64,000 nt of DNA from assembly GCF_001194135.2 (NCBI RefSeq), contig NC_068998.1, forward strand, positions 53,227,097 through 53,291,096, given 5' to 3'. Shown in pieces: positions 1 to 13,169 of this stretch. The position numbers and the translations under genes are program-made. Source of the DNA: Octopus bimaculoides (Eukaryota). Below the pieces are notes generated by a model. It was not told where the DNA came from, ran no database searches, and saw only the letters and a program-made list of their open reading frames with translations. Positions within the stretch are counted from its first letter, which is position 1, and each line of letters opens with the position of its first letter.

Positions 1-187
1 GATATCGTAAGGCTTACATTACTCTTGGCAGGCAGAAATTTTGAATCTCACATCGATGAACTACAAGCAAAATGTAGAGAGATGTGTATAGTACTAATTC
101 GTCCTTATTTCGTATCATCAGCACTACATAACCTTTTGGAAGTGAATTAAAATAAATTTTAGCACATTACGATTTCTATCTGTCCAC

Positions 188-500
<313 letters not shown>

Positions 501-1294
501 TTGTATATATACAGATAATGTCAGTTATAATATTTTTTGTTTTTATTTACATATATTGACGCTGCTATGGTCGCCGAAGGTAGCAATCTTTGATTTCATA
601 AAATTATTTCGTTTCTTTAATTTTAACTTTATCGTAGTAACGAAGTTAGATATTTTTCTATATTTAGATACATTTTCAAATTATTGCAAAATAACTTTTA
701 TATGATAGATTCTAGATGTCTAATAAAAATACCGCCCGTCCTTTTCAATCAATAATCTGAAGTAATTCGTCATTTTGGCTATGCTTTTTCTTCTATTTTA
801 TCCTCTTATCTCCGCGTCTCTAACAAACCACGATATTGTTTTATTTTTCAATTTTCTATGTCTCTGGTTTAATGTTTTCGTATTCTCGTGCACTTAGCAA
901 GAAAAATAACGTGGAATCGCAACTGATAAATTAAGGAAGTTCCAGTATTCCTTCAGGCACTGTCTTTTGTCGAGAACTCCGAAGACAATGACCTAATCAG
1001 TGATGTCTTGATTTTTCTTTAGATTTGAAATATTCACAGCTGAAATTGATAGAAAGAACAACTTTTCTCTTTCCTATAACTTTATACTTAAGTTTCCAGA
1101 AATTCTGGAATATATCACGAAACACACCTCCACCGCCACTACCATCACATCCGCAAGTGAGATTATCGATGTAATATCCAACAATGCGGATACAAGCCAT
1201 TAGAATCTATAGTGAAAAATGAACGTAAAATGCAAAGGAATAACTGCTAACAAAATTCATAAGAGCAAAATATCCTCCCCATTTTCGCTCATAC

Positions 1295-1421
1295 CTGCTT
1301 GTGAAAGGCGCCATATTTCCATTACTTTATTTGTCGCGGGAGGCATAATTGCATATACGTTCGAATCGTTACTCATCATATTAAGCACCTGTGATCCATG
1401 CACAAATGAGGAGCGGAAATT
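1295..1421 (-). CDS. Candidate coding exon (NFRSSFVHGSQVLNMMSNDSNVYAIMPPATNKVMEIWRLSQA), unassigned
   Basis: Minus strand: acceptor tctgttttgtgtctgtag|, 127 nt open in only one frame, donor cag|gtatga. An 88-nt intron-like stretch with a pyrimidine tract (1207-1294) follows, leading to DSNGLYPHCWILHR* (1163-1206). I recognise no homologue. Confidence 0.25.
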
Positions 1422-1897
1422 CTACAGACACAAAACAGATGTCACTTCAACTATTATAACAGCAAAACTTCCTTTTTATATGCTTACGGTGACCTTTCAT
1501 TTGCACATAATAAGGGACTTTGTCTTGGTTACAGGCACTAGTGGAAGTATAATGACTGTACTGGTGCGCGCAGTTTTGTCTTTTCGTGAGTGACACATTT
1601 ATTCCACATTTTTCTTCAGCAAAAGACGTTATATAATACTTTACACTTTCTCATCAAAATGAGTTTTAAATTCAACTCCCGGTGTCTAAGTATTCTTCAA
1701 TTGGCAATTACCGTTTATAAATCACCCTGTTTACATCTATATCATTATCGCAAAACAGCAACGACAAGACTACCGCATGCTGCTATACATCGTTGGGCAT
1801 TAAGTGATTCGCATTGTTTTAGCTTTCGATTAATGTTATCCGGTTCGTATCTGTATATGCGGAGCAACGATCTTTGGTAATTTTTTGGTCTTTTTAC

Positions 1898-1985
1898 TTC
1901 AAGAAATTTAGCTGGGGTCGACTTTGCCTTTCATCTTTTCAGAGTCGATAAACTAAGTACCAGTTGAGTACAGGGGACGATGAAA
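1898..1985 (+). mobile_element. SINE family A, central fragment
   Basis: ggtcgactttgcctttcatcttttcagagtcgataaactaagtaccagttgag matches the core of the copies at 40512 and 52477. Confidence 0.85.
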
Positions 1986-4269
1986 TATCTACCACGGAAC
2001 TTAAGAAAATCTTAAAGAACTTGAATCATTCAATTAGGTGCCCAAGCATACCCGCATTCTGGTGATGAAACAAGTTGAAGGTAAAACAAGACATGTACTC
2101 TGTCAAATTCATAAATATACGTAAATATGAAAGAAGAAAAAAATGCAGTGTGGAAGGTGTTTCTAGACCATTTAAAAGCACTCAAAAACCATTCGATTCA
2201 CTTCAACATTTAAATTTAATTTGCCAAAATATTTTCGTCGCTTTCAGACCGCGACCTGTTCACTTACAAAATTCCCCGTTGAAAAAAGAACCAAAATAAT
2301 TCCCTACATGAATTTTTGCGAACATTTGCAAACAAATTCACTAAAATATGAGAACTTTTTCACAAATTTTCTGGTTCTCTTTCCCTCTATCTCTCTCCCT
2401 CTCCCTCCCGCTCCCTCTCCCTCCCTCTCCTTCTCTCCCACTCTCTATCTTCCTCTCCCTCTCTCCCTCGTTCTTTCGCAGTGCGTCTCATCTAACAAAC
2501 AGATTATTAGTATCTTCATTTACTTTGTTGTCACGTCTCAGAATTTCTTTTTCTTTTTGTATCTCTTTCATTATGCATATATATATATATATATATGGAT
2601 GTATCTGGTATGCTTTGTTTGTTTTCTTTTTATTCATGCAGCTATCAGACTCTTTCAACGTGGAGATGTATTTGTGTTGACATCTATATCGAATTGTAAT
2701 TTTTATGTCGCTAGTTTAATATTTCTTTCTCCCGTTAGTAAAGTAAATATAACCAAGCTTCAAATACAGTCAAGCTTGTCCCTTGCGCATACAGACGCAG
2801 ACGCACACACACATGAGTTTCGCGATGCAAACAGGAAAACTAGAACTCAGAACACGAGCATTTATATATTGTTAAATATGTGTGTGTGTGTGTGTGTGTC
2901 TGTCTGTTTGTGTGTGTATGTAGTATATATATATATATATATATATATAGTTATTTTGCCATATAAGCGTTCTGGTAACAGACATTATTTTAAAATAGTA
3001 TCAAGGGTGAAAACAAAAGGTTTTATCTAAAATATCATATTTTTGTGTCACATGAAAGCCACAGGAAAATAATGAATTCTCTGTTTGACGTAAGTCTATA
3101 CGTTTTAAAATTGACGGAATTTTAATTTGTCTTGCGTATGTTTCTCAAGAGTATTGGCAATCAAAGCGAAATTCATCAGCTGCCACTAAGATTTTAAAAT
3201 GGATCATACACTCAGCTTCCGTGTAGCTTAATTTGTTTTCCAAGCAACTCCGTTGAAAATTAATATACATATTAAACTCCTCCCTGTTTTAAAGGCTATC
3301 AGATAATATTGTGTAACAGTTTTCATCAAATAATCTTGGTGCATTATTGTCCAAAGCATTTGTTTATTTTTTTTACCTTAACATTCCTAACGCTGGTTAA
3401 CCGTTTCCCCCACTGCACATAATTTCCAACTACCAAATTGACGTAGAGGGTATTTCTTGGCCTCGGGTGTTAGTAGAAAATACTTCCCAACGTGTTCTGC
3501 GGTGGGACCAGAATTGAGAGTGTGTGTGTGTGTACAGAGGGAGAGAGAGAGAAAGAGAGAAATATATATAATTTTATAGGCTACAATTATACTTAGGGGT
3601 ACATAAGCTATTACGCCTATATGCTGAAAGAACAGGCCGCATACATCCTACCACTTCAAGCCTGTGACAGGTGGAATGCGTCGAATACGTAATTTGCGTA
3701 ATGTGTTTGTAGTTTGAAGAAATATTTATTCTAAAGTAGATTGAAGCAGGATATTGCAAAACTGCACGCAAACGAATTATAGCATTTTAGGACATTTACA
3801 GAAATATCTAAAAGAATTATATACAAAGAAAAAGGACATATTGCGTTAACTTTTGTTTGAGTGTCTAATACAAAATTAACCGTTCACTCATTAAGATAAT
3901 GAGATATCAAATTTTATAATTTCATAGATTAAAAATCTACAGTCTATTTCAAATAGATTGTAACAGGGTATTTATATGAGAGTCGCGTCAAAGACGTCTA
4001 CAATCTTAATGCTAATGATGCGTTCTTACGGAGATACACTATAGCAGGATAACATCTCAGATAGTATTTGAGAAGCAATGAAATTTGTTCTCGATTTTGC
4101 TGATACGAGTTGTTTCCTATCTCAAATCGATTAAGTCTGCTTGTCTATCAGTAGACATCTAGTGATCTTAAATTGGTGGTAAATGATCAATAAAATATGA
4201 AGTAATTAATCCGCTTTTAAGTATATAATGATCATAAGATACGGTAACTCGAACATAAGATTCTAAAAT

Positions 4270-4302
<33 letters not shown>

Positions 4303-5874
4303 CTGGATAGATAGATGTGTGCGTGCCTGTCCCTCTGTGAGACTGCGTGGTATAAACAGTAGATGCACGACAACGTGAAGTATATTTACCATGGCAAATA
4401 TATTTTACGTCATTCGATAAACTAAAATAAAAAAAAGGCATTGAAGCCATACATATAATTCTAAATTAGAAGTCTCATCATGAGTTATAAAAACTATATA
4501 CAGGAACCCATATCGCTATGTAGCTAACAAATGCTTGAATTCTTCTGAGTTTCGTCTCTATTTTGGGACTCGACTGTAAACAATAACCAAGCTTATGTTT
4601 GCCTATATAAATAGTTATAGCTTCTTTTAGGAAATACAATCTTAATCTGAATTTCCATAAAAGCTTATTTGTTGGCAGAAAGTTAATTAAATAATAAATT
4701 AATAATGCATATGATACCAAACAAAAATCTTAATATTTTTCTCTCTAAGAAAATATTAGATAATTATATCATATTTATTTATATCATGCAACGCGGCTAA
4801 TGATTTAAAAATCATTGATAGACATACATTAAAACTGTGAAATTATCCAATAAACGCATTTTCGTGAATAATTGACTAATTAATTAATTAATTAATTAGA
4901 CAAGCTGCCAGTGAATGAACACCGATGAAAATTTGACAGAACAGGTGATTACATTTGTTTACATTTCACAGAGAAGCTCATAATTAAAATAATGTACATA
5001 TAACTGCATTAAAAATTGTAGAATATCCAATGATCGACATGTTCTTGATAATTATTAAATAATTAATTAGATACTATGCCAACGATAGCACGGTTATGTA
5101 AATTTGACCGTTTACATGTGGTTCTTTGCATTTGTTTACATCTATGGGTATGAACTATCATTTAAAATTAAAATCTATTGGTTAATCCAAAATATTTAAC
5201 TTAAGCGTAACTATATTGATATTTTCGTCCATTGAATGTTTGTTATATTATGTTATATAACATACGTACGTTTCAAAAAGATGCCAACTTATATAACATT
5301 ATGAGATATATTATGCAATCATGTATACACTTCATTAGTGTATACACAATGTTCATTAGGCCTGGTTGGTACCCCGGACTTCAAATTATTTTAATCAGCT
5401 TAGAAAAACTGAAGAAAAGCTTCAATAAGTGTGTGAATCTGAGAGACCTATACGTTAAATAAAATCATAATTAACTGATCTGGACAACGAAATTGAACGT
5501 CCACATTTTCCTTAGCACAGCAACCATCAGCTGAAGCAGTGGCCCGATTTCCAGTGCATTATCAACTTCGATTTCATGCCAATCCATAGGTTTCAGTACC
5601 AGTAATTAGAGTGAGCTAAGTAAAACTTCGGACCAGCCAGGTTTTTATATAAATAAATAGTGTTAGATCTTAGATATTTTCTTTTGTAGTTTGGTATTAA
5701 TGTATTGTCTCTAACAAACAAATCCGTTTGTCACAATGAACAATTAATTCAAGATTTATGAAAATTACGGAAGATTCGATGTCAAAGAGATTTCATTATT
5801 CGTCCTAATGAATTCCTAACAGGCAGCAATATTTCTAGAATAATTAAAGATTAGCAGGCAATATGGTAATTATT

Positions 5875-5935
5875 CTATTATTATTGTTGTGTTGGTGTTT
5901 GCTGTTGTTGTTGGTGTTGTCATTATTATTATTAT

Positions 5936-5991
<56 letters not shown>

Positions 5992-6130
5992 TAGCAGTTG
6001 CTCATATGTCGGTAGTGTTTGTGCGTTCTTCGTCGTTGTTGTTGTTGCTGTTGCCGTCGTTATAGTCCTTCTTTTTCCATATTCTTTTCATCATCACTAT
6101 CAGCATCACCATCATTATCATCAGCAACAC
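5875..6130. repeat. Compound trinucleotide array (ATT)/(GTT)/(GTA)n/(TCA)
   Basis: Pure (GTA)n at about 5936-5989, with degenerate GTT and TCA runs on either side. Confidence 0.95.
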
Positions 6131-6182
6131 AACCATATCAGACTGTTGATTTGTATTCCACTTTAGTTTTGCATTGTTTCAG

Positions 6183-6330
6183 GATTCCGGTCGATCTTCA
6201 AGTCGTTATCCTAATATGTTCTCTGTTGTGCAACAAACGTGCATTGCGGTCGACTTTTTGGTGGTATTTTCTGTATCTTGTTACATACTACCAGCTTGAC
6301 GTTATGTGTTTCGTGTTGAATTTTCGAATG
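6183..6330 (+). other. Candidate exon (148 nt), possibly a 5' UTR exon ending in ATG
   Basis: Acceptor ttttgcattgtttcag| and donor cgaatg|gtgagt. One frame is open (IPVDLQVVILICSLLCNKRALRSTFWWYFLYLVTYYQLDVMCFVLNFRM) but is not recognisable. Confidence 0.25.
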
Positions 6331-6860
6331 GTGAGTGCTTAGTGTATGTAATGTGTGCGTTGTATTAATTTTATGAATAGAAGATAACTGTGAGTTGTTG
6401 TTAGTCTTCACTTGCAGGTCCACATTGGCTATATAGACAATTTGACTACTATATTTAGTAAACCAATGCCCTCCCTCACCCCCCGTCACTTATATGACTT
6501 GTTTGTATTATATTGCCCTTTATCGATTAGGTAAATGTAGATTATATTTTGGAATGTTATCGGTTATCTCGCGAAACAATTATTGCATTGTTTGGTGCTG
6601 AATTTTAGAGAGGATATGTAGATTGAATTGTATTATGTTATCGGTTGGTTGTTATGGAACAGTATTAATTGCAAGTTACATTTGATTACATTTATGAAAA
6701 GTAATGGAGGGAATATGGCTGAAATTAAATATTTGGATAACATAGTTCCCCAAATGTGAATGGGTCTTACAAACGCTCCTGAATTATACATAACTCAAAA
6801 CCATCCCTGATTAATGAGGCTTCAGCTGAAAGGAGTTTCCGGTTTCATCATACTATCTTG

Positions 6861-6916
6861 ATACATACATACATACATACATACATATACATACATACAT
6901 ATATACATACATACAT
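6861..6916 (-). repeat. (TATG)n/(CATA)n array, probably the 3' tail of the adjacent LINE
   Basis: It abuts the 3' UTR end (…ggtctcaatatggcc on minus) of the LINE fragment. Confidence 0.85.
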
Positions 6917-7225
6917 GGCCATATTGAGACCGATGAATCCAAAGAGTATTGGTGGTACTTAAAAATTATAACAGCCACCAAGTTAAAACACAACCAACCA
7001 GATATTTTTGTATTGTGATTCTTTGAACACAATAGACCATTCCACTAAAGAGTTATTGTTTGTAGTAATATATTCGGGTGTAAGAGGCTTATCAAGAACT
7101 TCCTGTAGATATTCGTCCAGCGACCGCTTGAATGTTATGAAAACTTTTTTCTTCTCCCATCTGCTTTGGCATGATATTAAAGAGGTGAAATAGTTCTCTC
7201 GTAGAATTGTGATATGACGCAAGAA
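6917..7225 (-). mobile_element. CR1-group non-LTR retrotransposon, 5'-truncated 3' end (ORF2 C-terminus plus 3' UTR)
   Basis: Minus translation with frameshifts: RHITILRENYFTS / LFNIMPKQM / FKRSLDEYLQEVLDKPLTPEYITTNNNSLVEW. This fits the conserved CR1-clade ORF2 tail pattern LFNxLP…FKxxLDxFLxxxPDxP…Y…NSL. Confidence 0.85.
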
Positions 7226-7631
7226 ATGATTTCATAGAGGACAGTTGGTCCTGGGGAAAAAGCACTGGGTAAATTTCAAAGCTGATACGAACATTGTTCG
7301 TACAATGCTGCTACAATATTTTCTACATCATACAAATGATATAGCGCCCCCAGCTGCGCTGGAGGAAATATAGTTTACATTTCTCGAGACGATCCCAACA
7401 ATCAAAACCGGTCATGTATATTTTTCTTTTTATCAATCTGCGAAACGCTTCGACTTTGATATTTTGTTTCGTGTTGGGAAACCACAGCGAACAACTGAGG
7501 ATGGCCGAAGGTGAAGAGAAGTATAATGCTTCCTCGAGCGAAAAGTCCTGAGAGTTCAGTAGCTTGGCTTACAGGCCATGTTGATTTTGTTGTTAACATT
7601 CAAGAACATTCCAGATACCAAACCACACAGT

Positions 7632-7632
<1 letters not shown>

Positions 7633-7700
<68 letters not shown>

Positions 7701-7771
7701 GCACCCCTACCCCACACACATGTATGGATACAGCTCCGCATTTTTTATGAGATGTTCCTCGATAAAAGTGA

Positions 7772-7820
<49 letters not shown>

Positions 7821-7830
7821 TCTCTTTCTC
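7633..7830. repeat. Two (CT)n arrays (7633-7697 and 7775-7830)
   Basis: Direct observation; the source of the SLSL/ERER ORFs. Confidence 0.97.
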
Positions 7831-8178
7831 TTTTGTTGACAATTGGTTTAAGATGTCAGAAACGTTATCTGCCGATAATGAATAGGTCCCAATGTTTCTG
7901 ATAAATAAAGCAAAAATGTTTCGTGCAACTGGATAATAACAAACGCATATCAAAGTTCGGGATGACAACCGCTTGTTAGTATGTCTGCTTTAAGAAATAT
8001 TCAATTTTATAAATCTTCTCAAGTCGACATCGAAAGAGTAATACTGACTCTCCGTCACAAATAATGTCTATTTTAAAGTATTTGGTGACAGTGATTTAGA
8101 AGAGTTTAACAAAGACTTATATAAGTAGTGTTCGTACTGACTTTAGATTTCAAACCATATTTCCATGGCTTGAAATGA

Positions 8179-8179
<1 letters not shown>

Positions 8180-8247
<68 letters not shown>

Positions 8248-8446
8248 TGTGTGTGCAGATATCTGTATGTATATATGTATTACATGTATACACATGCACT
8301 CAGTAACGAGGTGTAAACTTAAACTCTTAGTAGCCTATCGAAAATTTGCTTCTACAAACAGATTCTATTATTTGTTTTTATGTAATTTATTCGTGCAGTT
8401 GACATCTAAATAATAATGCTTTATACATACATACACGCATGCATAC

Positions 8447-8517
<71 letters not shown>

Positions 8518-8538
8518 CATATATTCCAGTGTGTGTGC

Positions 8539-8572
<34 letters not shown>
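8180..8572. repeat. (TG)n, (TA)/(CA)n and (GA)n microsatellite cluster
   Basis: Direct observation. Confidence 0.97.
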
Positions 8573-10983
8573 TTCCCCGCAGCGAACTTTTAATAAGCAC
8601 ATATATATACGTTCTGTATAATTTATAGATATTCAGCCTGTCTCAACTGTCCTCTTGTGTATGTTAAATATTTGACAGGTTAAAAAAAAAAGTAAGTTTA
8701 AAATTTGTGGAGATAATTTTACAGACAATTATCTTCAAGTTTGAATCATATATTGGAAAGTTCCAGTGCCTACTTTATGTTTCAAACTGATGTAACTTTA
8801 AACTTTAAATGGTATCTTAATTCTGAAAGTATGAGCAGCCTCCCACGATACGAGATTCGAAGCAGATGCCTCTATTTCCAAACTTCTCTGCGTTTTTATG
8901 CCGTAAGTCAATGTATCTTAAACTAACATCTGTGAGGCTCAAACCAAATACATTCTTTGCTCCCACTTCATTATGAAGCAAAATATTTCAGTCTTTCGGA
9001 AGCTGTTAGCCAAGTGTTACATTTGAAACACCATTTTACTTCAATTAAACGTGTTTATTTACCTGTCTATATGTAAATCATGACAGCCCACAGAAATAAG
9101 AAACGCTTCGCCAGGCTACGAGCACGTTTACGTTAGATAACATACATTGAGCCTAGTTCGAACGTTTGAAGCCAGTATTGCAAATATATATCTAAATGTG
9201 AGATTAATAGCGGAGATAATTATAATCGTATTAACAACTCTTCTCAGAAGTTTAGACATTTGATACAAAACTTACAATTGGATTCTTTCAATTTTGGAAC
9301 GAATTAATTATTGATTAAATTTAACTCGTTATAGTAGACTGTAATTTAGCCTCCAATGATATATTTGATTAATGCCATTTTGTTGAAACATTTTCACTGA
9401 AAATTTCCTCCAGTTTTGGTAGTTTTACTAAATAATATTTCAGGTGAAATCGTAATTTATTCTATGAACTTCAACATCTAAATGCGAATAGCTTCGGTAT
9501 GACTTTTGCTACAACTATTTATGCAGACGACATTGGTAACACATGAATATTGATTTCGTGTCTATCTCACCATAAGATATTATCTTCTGGTATTGATCCA
9601 AATTAAACTAAATTCTGCTAACCATATACCCATAATTTTTATATCATCAGTTAACCTGTGTGAGAAAATCAGCAGTCAAATTTCTCAGACACTATCATCT
9701 TAAAAGGGACGGTGACCTGCATCCATGATTGTACAGGACACATTATACATACATTATGCATGATATAAAGACGGGATAATCACTATTTGGTCGCATCTGA
9801 TCACTGGTTGGATCAGTCAAAGATTTCCTACAGCAAAATACATAGTCCAGTAATACATTCAGCTATATCGTAGTATTAGTTGTAGTCAATGTTATTTAAA
9901 TGTTGGCTGTAATATATACACAAACATTTTGAAGAAGAGTCTCTTCGGTATATTTTCTTATTACCAGAATAAATGAAGTAATCACATGAAATTGCTGCAT
10001 AAATGACATAAATGGCAGAGTTATAATATCTGAATGTGATAAATCAATGTTTAGTATAAAAAGCAATTTCCTTTTCGACAACAAAACAAAATTTTCATTT
10101 TCAATTATAGAATTAACACAAAGAAAACTGTCATTAAAATAGTTCAGTTGGTATCTCTTTCCTGGGATTTAAGTTATGAATGTTTATTATAACTTTAAAA
10201 AGAAAACAAACTTTAATTCTAAACAATGATAAACTATAAGAGATGAGTTATGAAGATATTGACGTAAAAAAAACAAACAATCTAGCTGGAAACACTGTGT
10301 CGTTTTTCTGCACTATTCCTTTGTATAATTATTTATCAGTCGGTAGAATGTGATAGAATTGAATTAGTTTTATATAATACATTTATTGTAAAGATTTCAG
10401 CAGATCTAATTTCATAAGCGTCGGAGAAATTATTGGAAAGAGAGATTCAGTCTCGATAGAATCAACGACAGCATATTCCTGAATCTCCAACAAATTATAT
10501 CAACTCCAAATTAAGGGGAGAATATAATGATATATTTGCGATTGTTTCTAGCTAATTTGGCGATCTCTTTGTCTGCTTTAACAAATTATCTTTCTTCTTT
10601 TTTTTACTGGATCTAAAATTTAATCCAATAACTTATGAGGATTTAAGGGGAAAACAAGTATTGAGATTGCAAATTGTGCCCACACTGAAGGTCGAGCTCT
10701 GCACATGAAATTATATTTGTTGGAATATAACAGGAAATTCTCCCCTACATTAATAGGTCTCGTTTATAAACGTTTATCCACCGCTGCTATTCATCCACCA
10801 CCAAGCTAATAAGAGATTGCCTATAGGTCATTCGACTTTCTGAAAGGAACACATCTCCCTCAGTTCAAAGACTACTTTCGTATAAACTTCATGGACTGTT
10901 TTAAATACACATAGTATGAAAAAGAAGACCTAAGAAGTAGAAACGACTGACTGGAATGAGTTTCTGTACAGATAAACATACAC

Positions 10984-11020
<37 letters not shown>

Positions 11021-11023
<3 letters not shown>

Positions 11024-11187
11024 GACGGGCTTCCACATAGTTTCGTGTAGCATACCCATTCACAAGGCTTTGGTCTGTCCGAAGCTATAACAGAAGCTAA
11101 CCGTTCAAGGTACCACGCAGGGGGACTCAACGACGAACCAAGTATTTTTGAATCGAACTTCTGACTATATAGCAACGCTTGTGCCTA
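11021..11187 (-). mobile_element. SINE family B, tRNA-derived head, diverged
   Basis: tacgacgggcttc…cacaaggctttggtc…aaggtaccacgcag…gtgcctat is the reverse complement of the head at 29564, and it abuts (TA)n at the family junction. Confidence 0.85.
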
Positions 11188-12040
11188 TAGATGCAGTTAT
11201 TTTACGAAAGAACCCACGTCTTTAAGAATCACATGTAGTGTTAAGTAGTTTTAATAAATAATGAAGTCTTTTAATACAAACATACTCTGATGCATTGCAT
11301 GCCTGAGAGGTGCTGCGTAACTGGAGACCTGTACATCCCTGTATATTCCGGAGTGGATATTATCATGCACATCTCCTTTCATTTGTACTTTTATTATTTT
11401 GAAGTTTTCCTCAAACTTTTTGTTTTGATGAGCAAGATGGACGATATGGTGTTTGTGTTACAACATCAATTTGCTTTCTATGCTCTATAAGTCTGTCACG
11501 CGTCGAGCGTCTGAATACGAAATGAGGGTTAAAGATATGATGACTTCCCAACTTTTCGGAAAATAAGTGAATATACTTCTAACCGCCAAAAAAATCATTG
11601 ATAAAGTCTGCAAAAAATGTTGATTTGAAAGGCGATGATTTAACAGTAATTGCAGAAATTTATCCAAAAATATTTTACATTTCTTTTCAACTTTTTCCAT
11701 TTTGATTGCAAAATCGACACCGTCCAGATTTGCAATCAATTCTGTTGTTTGGTATTGATAAAATAAGTATCAACAATAGACGCAAGTTACTTTTGCCTAT
11801 TATTGATACTTTACTGTTTAGTAAATATATGGCCTTACTCGATTTCGTCTTGGGATTAGGCGAAAGAAATCAATATCATTAAATTATCAACAATGTTTGA
11901 AGATTTCAGCTGTGTATATTCTTTTACGTTATTTTATGAGATGTGAGCGTTGTAAGCCACAACTATCGAAAAACATTCTGTTTAATGGCATTGTTCTTAA
12001 AGGTATCAGCATGTGTATAGTATAGAAAAAGAGCAAGATA

Positions 12041-12305
12041 ATGTTCCTTCCCGAGTCCTATAGAATCCGATGGCTGGTGTTCCGGTTTGCATGGCGTATT
12101 TATATGCCATGCAAGCGTATCTTTATGCCACTGGACGGAACGCCCGTGCATCCCAGGATTACTCATTTTTGCCAGCTGAGTGCGCTGGAGCGAAATGAAA
12201 TGAAGTATTTTGCTTAAAATCATACGGCATCGCCTATTTTAGAAATCGAAACCACGGTCTTACGATCCCGAGTCCAACACCCTAACCACTAAACAACGCT
12301 CCTCT
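12041..12305 (-). mobile_element. SINE family C, near full length
   Basis: Minus strand has an A-box-like ttagtggttagggtgttggactc and a B-box-like ggtttcgatt, then agcaaaatacttcatttc…ctcagctggcaaaaatgagtaatcc, ending in ggactcgggaaggaac. Confidence 0.85.
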
Positions 12306-12672
12306 ACGTTTATAATAAAACGTCATAAATTTCACAAACGCCCTAGAGAGATGTTTGGTGTTATCTTTGTCGTTTCGTAATGGATTTAGACTAATGACCA
12401 GAAAGGCTCCAAAAGGAAGCTTCTGAAATTTTCCGAACATCTGTAAGTAGAGGAAAGTTCTCGCAAGGCTGGAGACTTAAATCTAAGGTTTGCAAGTAGA
12501 GAATTTCGTCAAAGGTTGCCAAAAGACATTTACGGACATATTCTTGTGGATTGACTTGTGATAGTATTAGAATGGTTACTAGTTGGTACCTAAATCTCTA
12601 TCAAACTACGATGATAATCAACCATTCCAGCCATGCCTAATGTCAGGATACTTAGATATCCATGTTTCATGT

Positions 12673-12784
12673 GCCCAAGGCTATAAAAAAAAGACAGCTT
12701 CCCAATCTACGTGCAGTGGGATTGAACAAGAAACTACATGGTTACAAATCAAACGTTTTTATTACACATACATCCTTGCACCTA
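12673..12784 (-). mobile_element. SINE family B head, highly diverged
   Basis: gcccaaggctata…aagaca…gcagtgggattgaac…catggtt…ttacacata…ccttgcacct aligns to the family B head. Confidence 0.7.
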
Positions 12785-13113
12785 AACACTACACTATGAA
12801 TGGTATTCATAATTGTATTACACAGGGAATGAATTGACTGGAGTTGCTTTCACTGCTATTTTTGGCATTGAAAATGACCACATAAAGGACTCTAGAGCTT
12901 ATTGATAAAAGTGTTGATATTGATACCTATTTCATATCCAACAAAGATTTTCTCATGGTGCAAGCATCAATGTCAATTTGCATATTTATAGTTTTCTCTA
13001 TAATTATAAAGGTGAACAGTACTTTTTGCTTGAGAAGAATATATAAATATCTATATTTATGTATGCATCTCTGGAATTCTCTCTCTGTACCCACCACTCA
13101 TTCTCTCTCTCTC

Positions 13114-13169
<56 letters not shown>

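Noticed and set aside
1219-1593. 124-aa plus-strand ORF with a hydrophobic stretch
   Set aside because: No recognisable motif or splice context, and it overlaps a minus-strand candidate with better splice signals.
2221-3030. 269-aa plus-strand ORF, the longest without Ns
   Set aside because: It starts at TTG, crosses CT-rich, (TA)n and (TG)n low-complexity runs that lack stops in this frame, and has no domain-like content.
12390-12590. About 68-codon open minus frame containing LQTLDLSLQP, which looks like a leucine-rich repeat
   Set aside because: A single imperfect motif lacking the conserved Asn, with no repeats and no start codon or splice sites.
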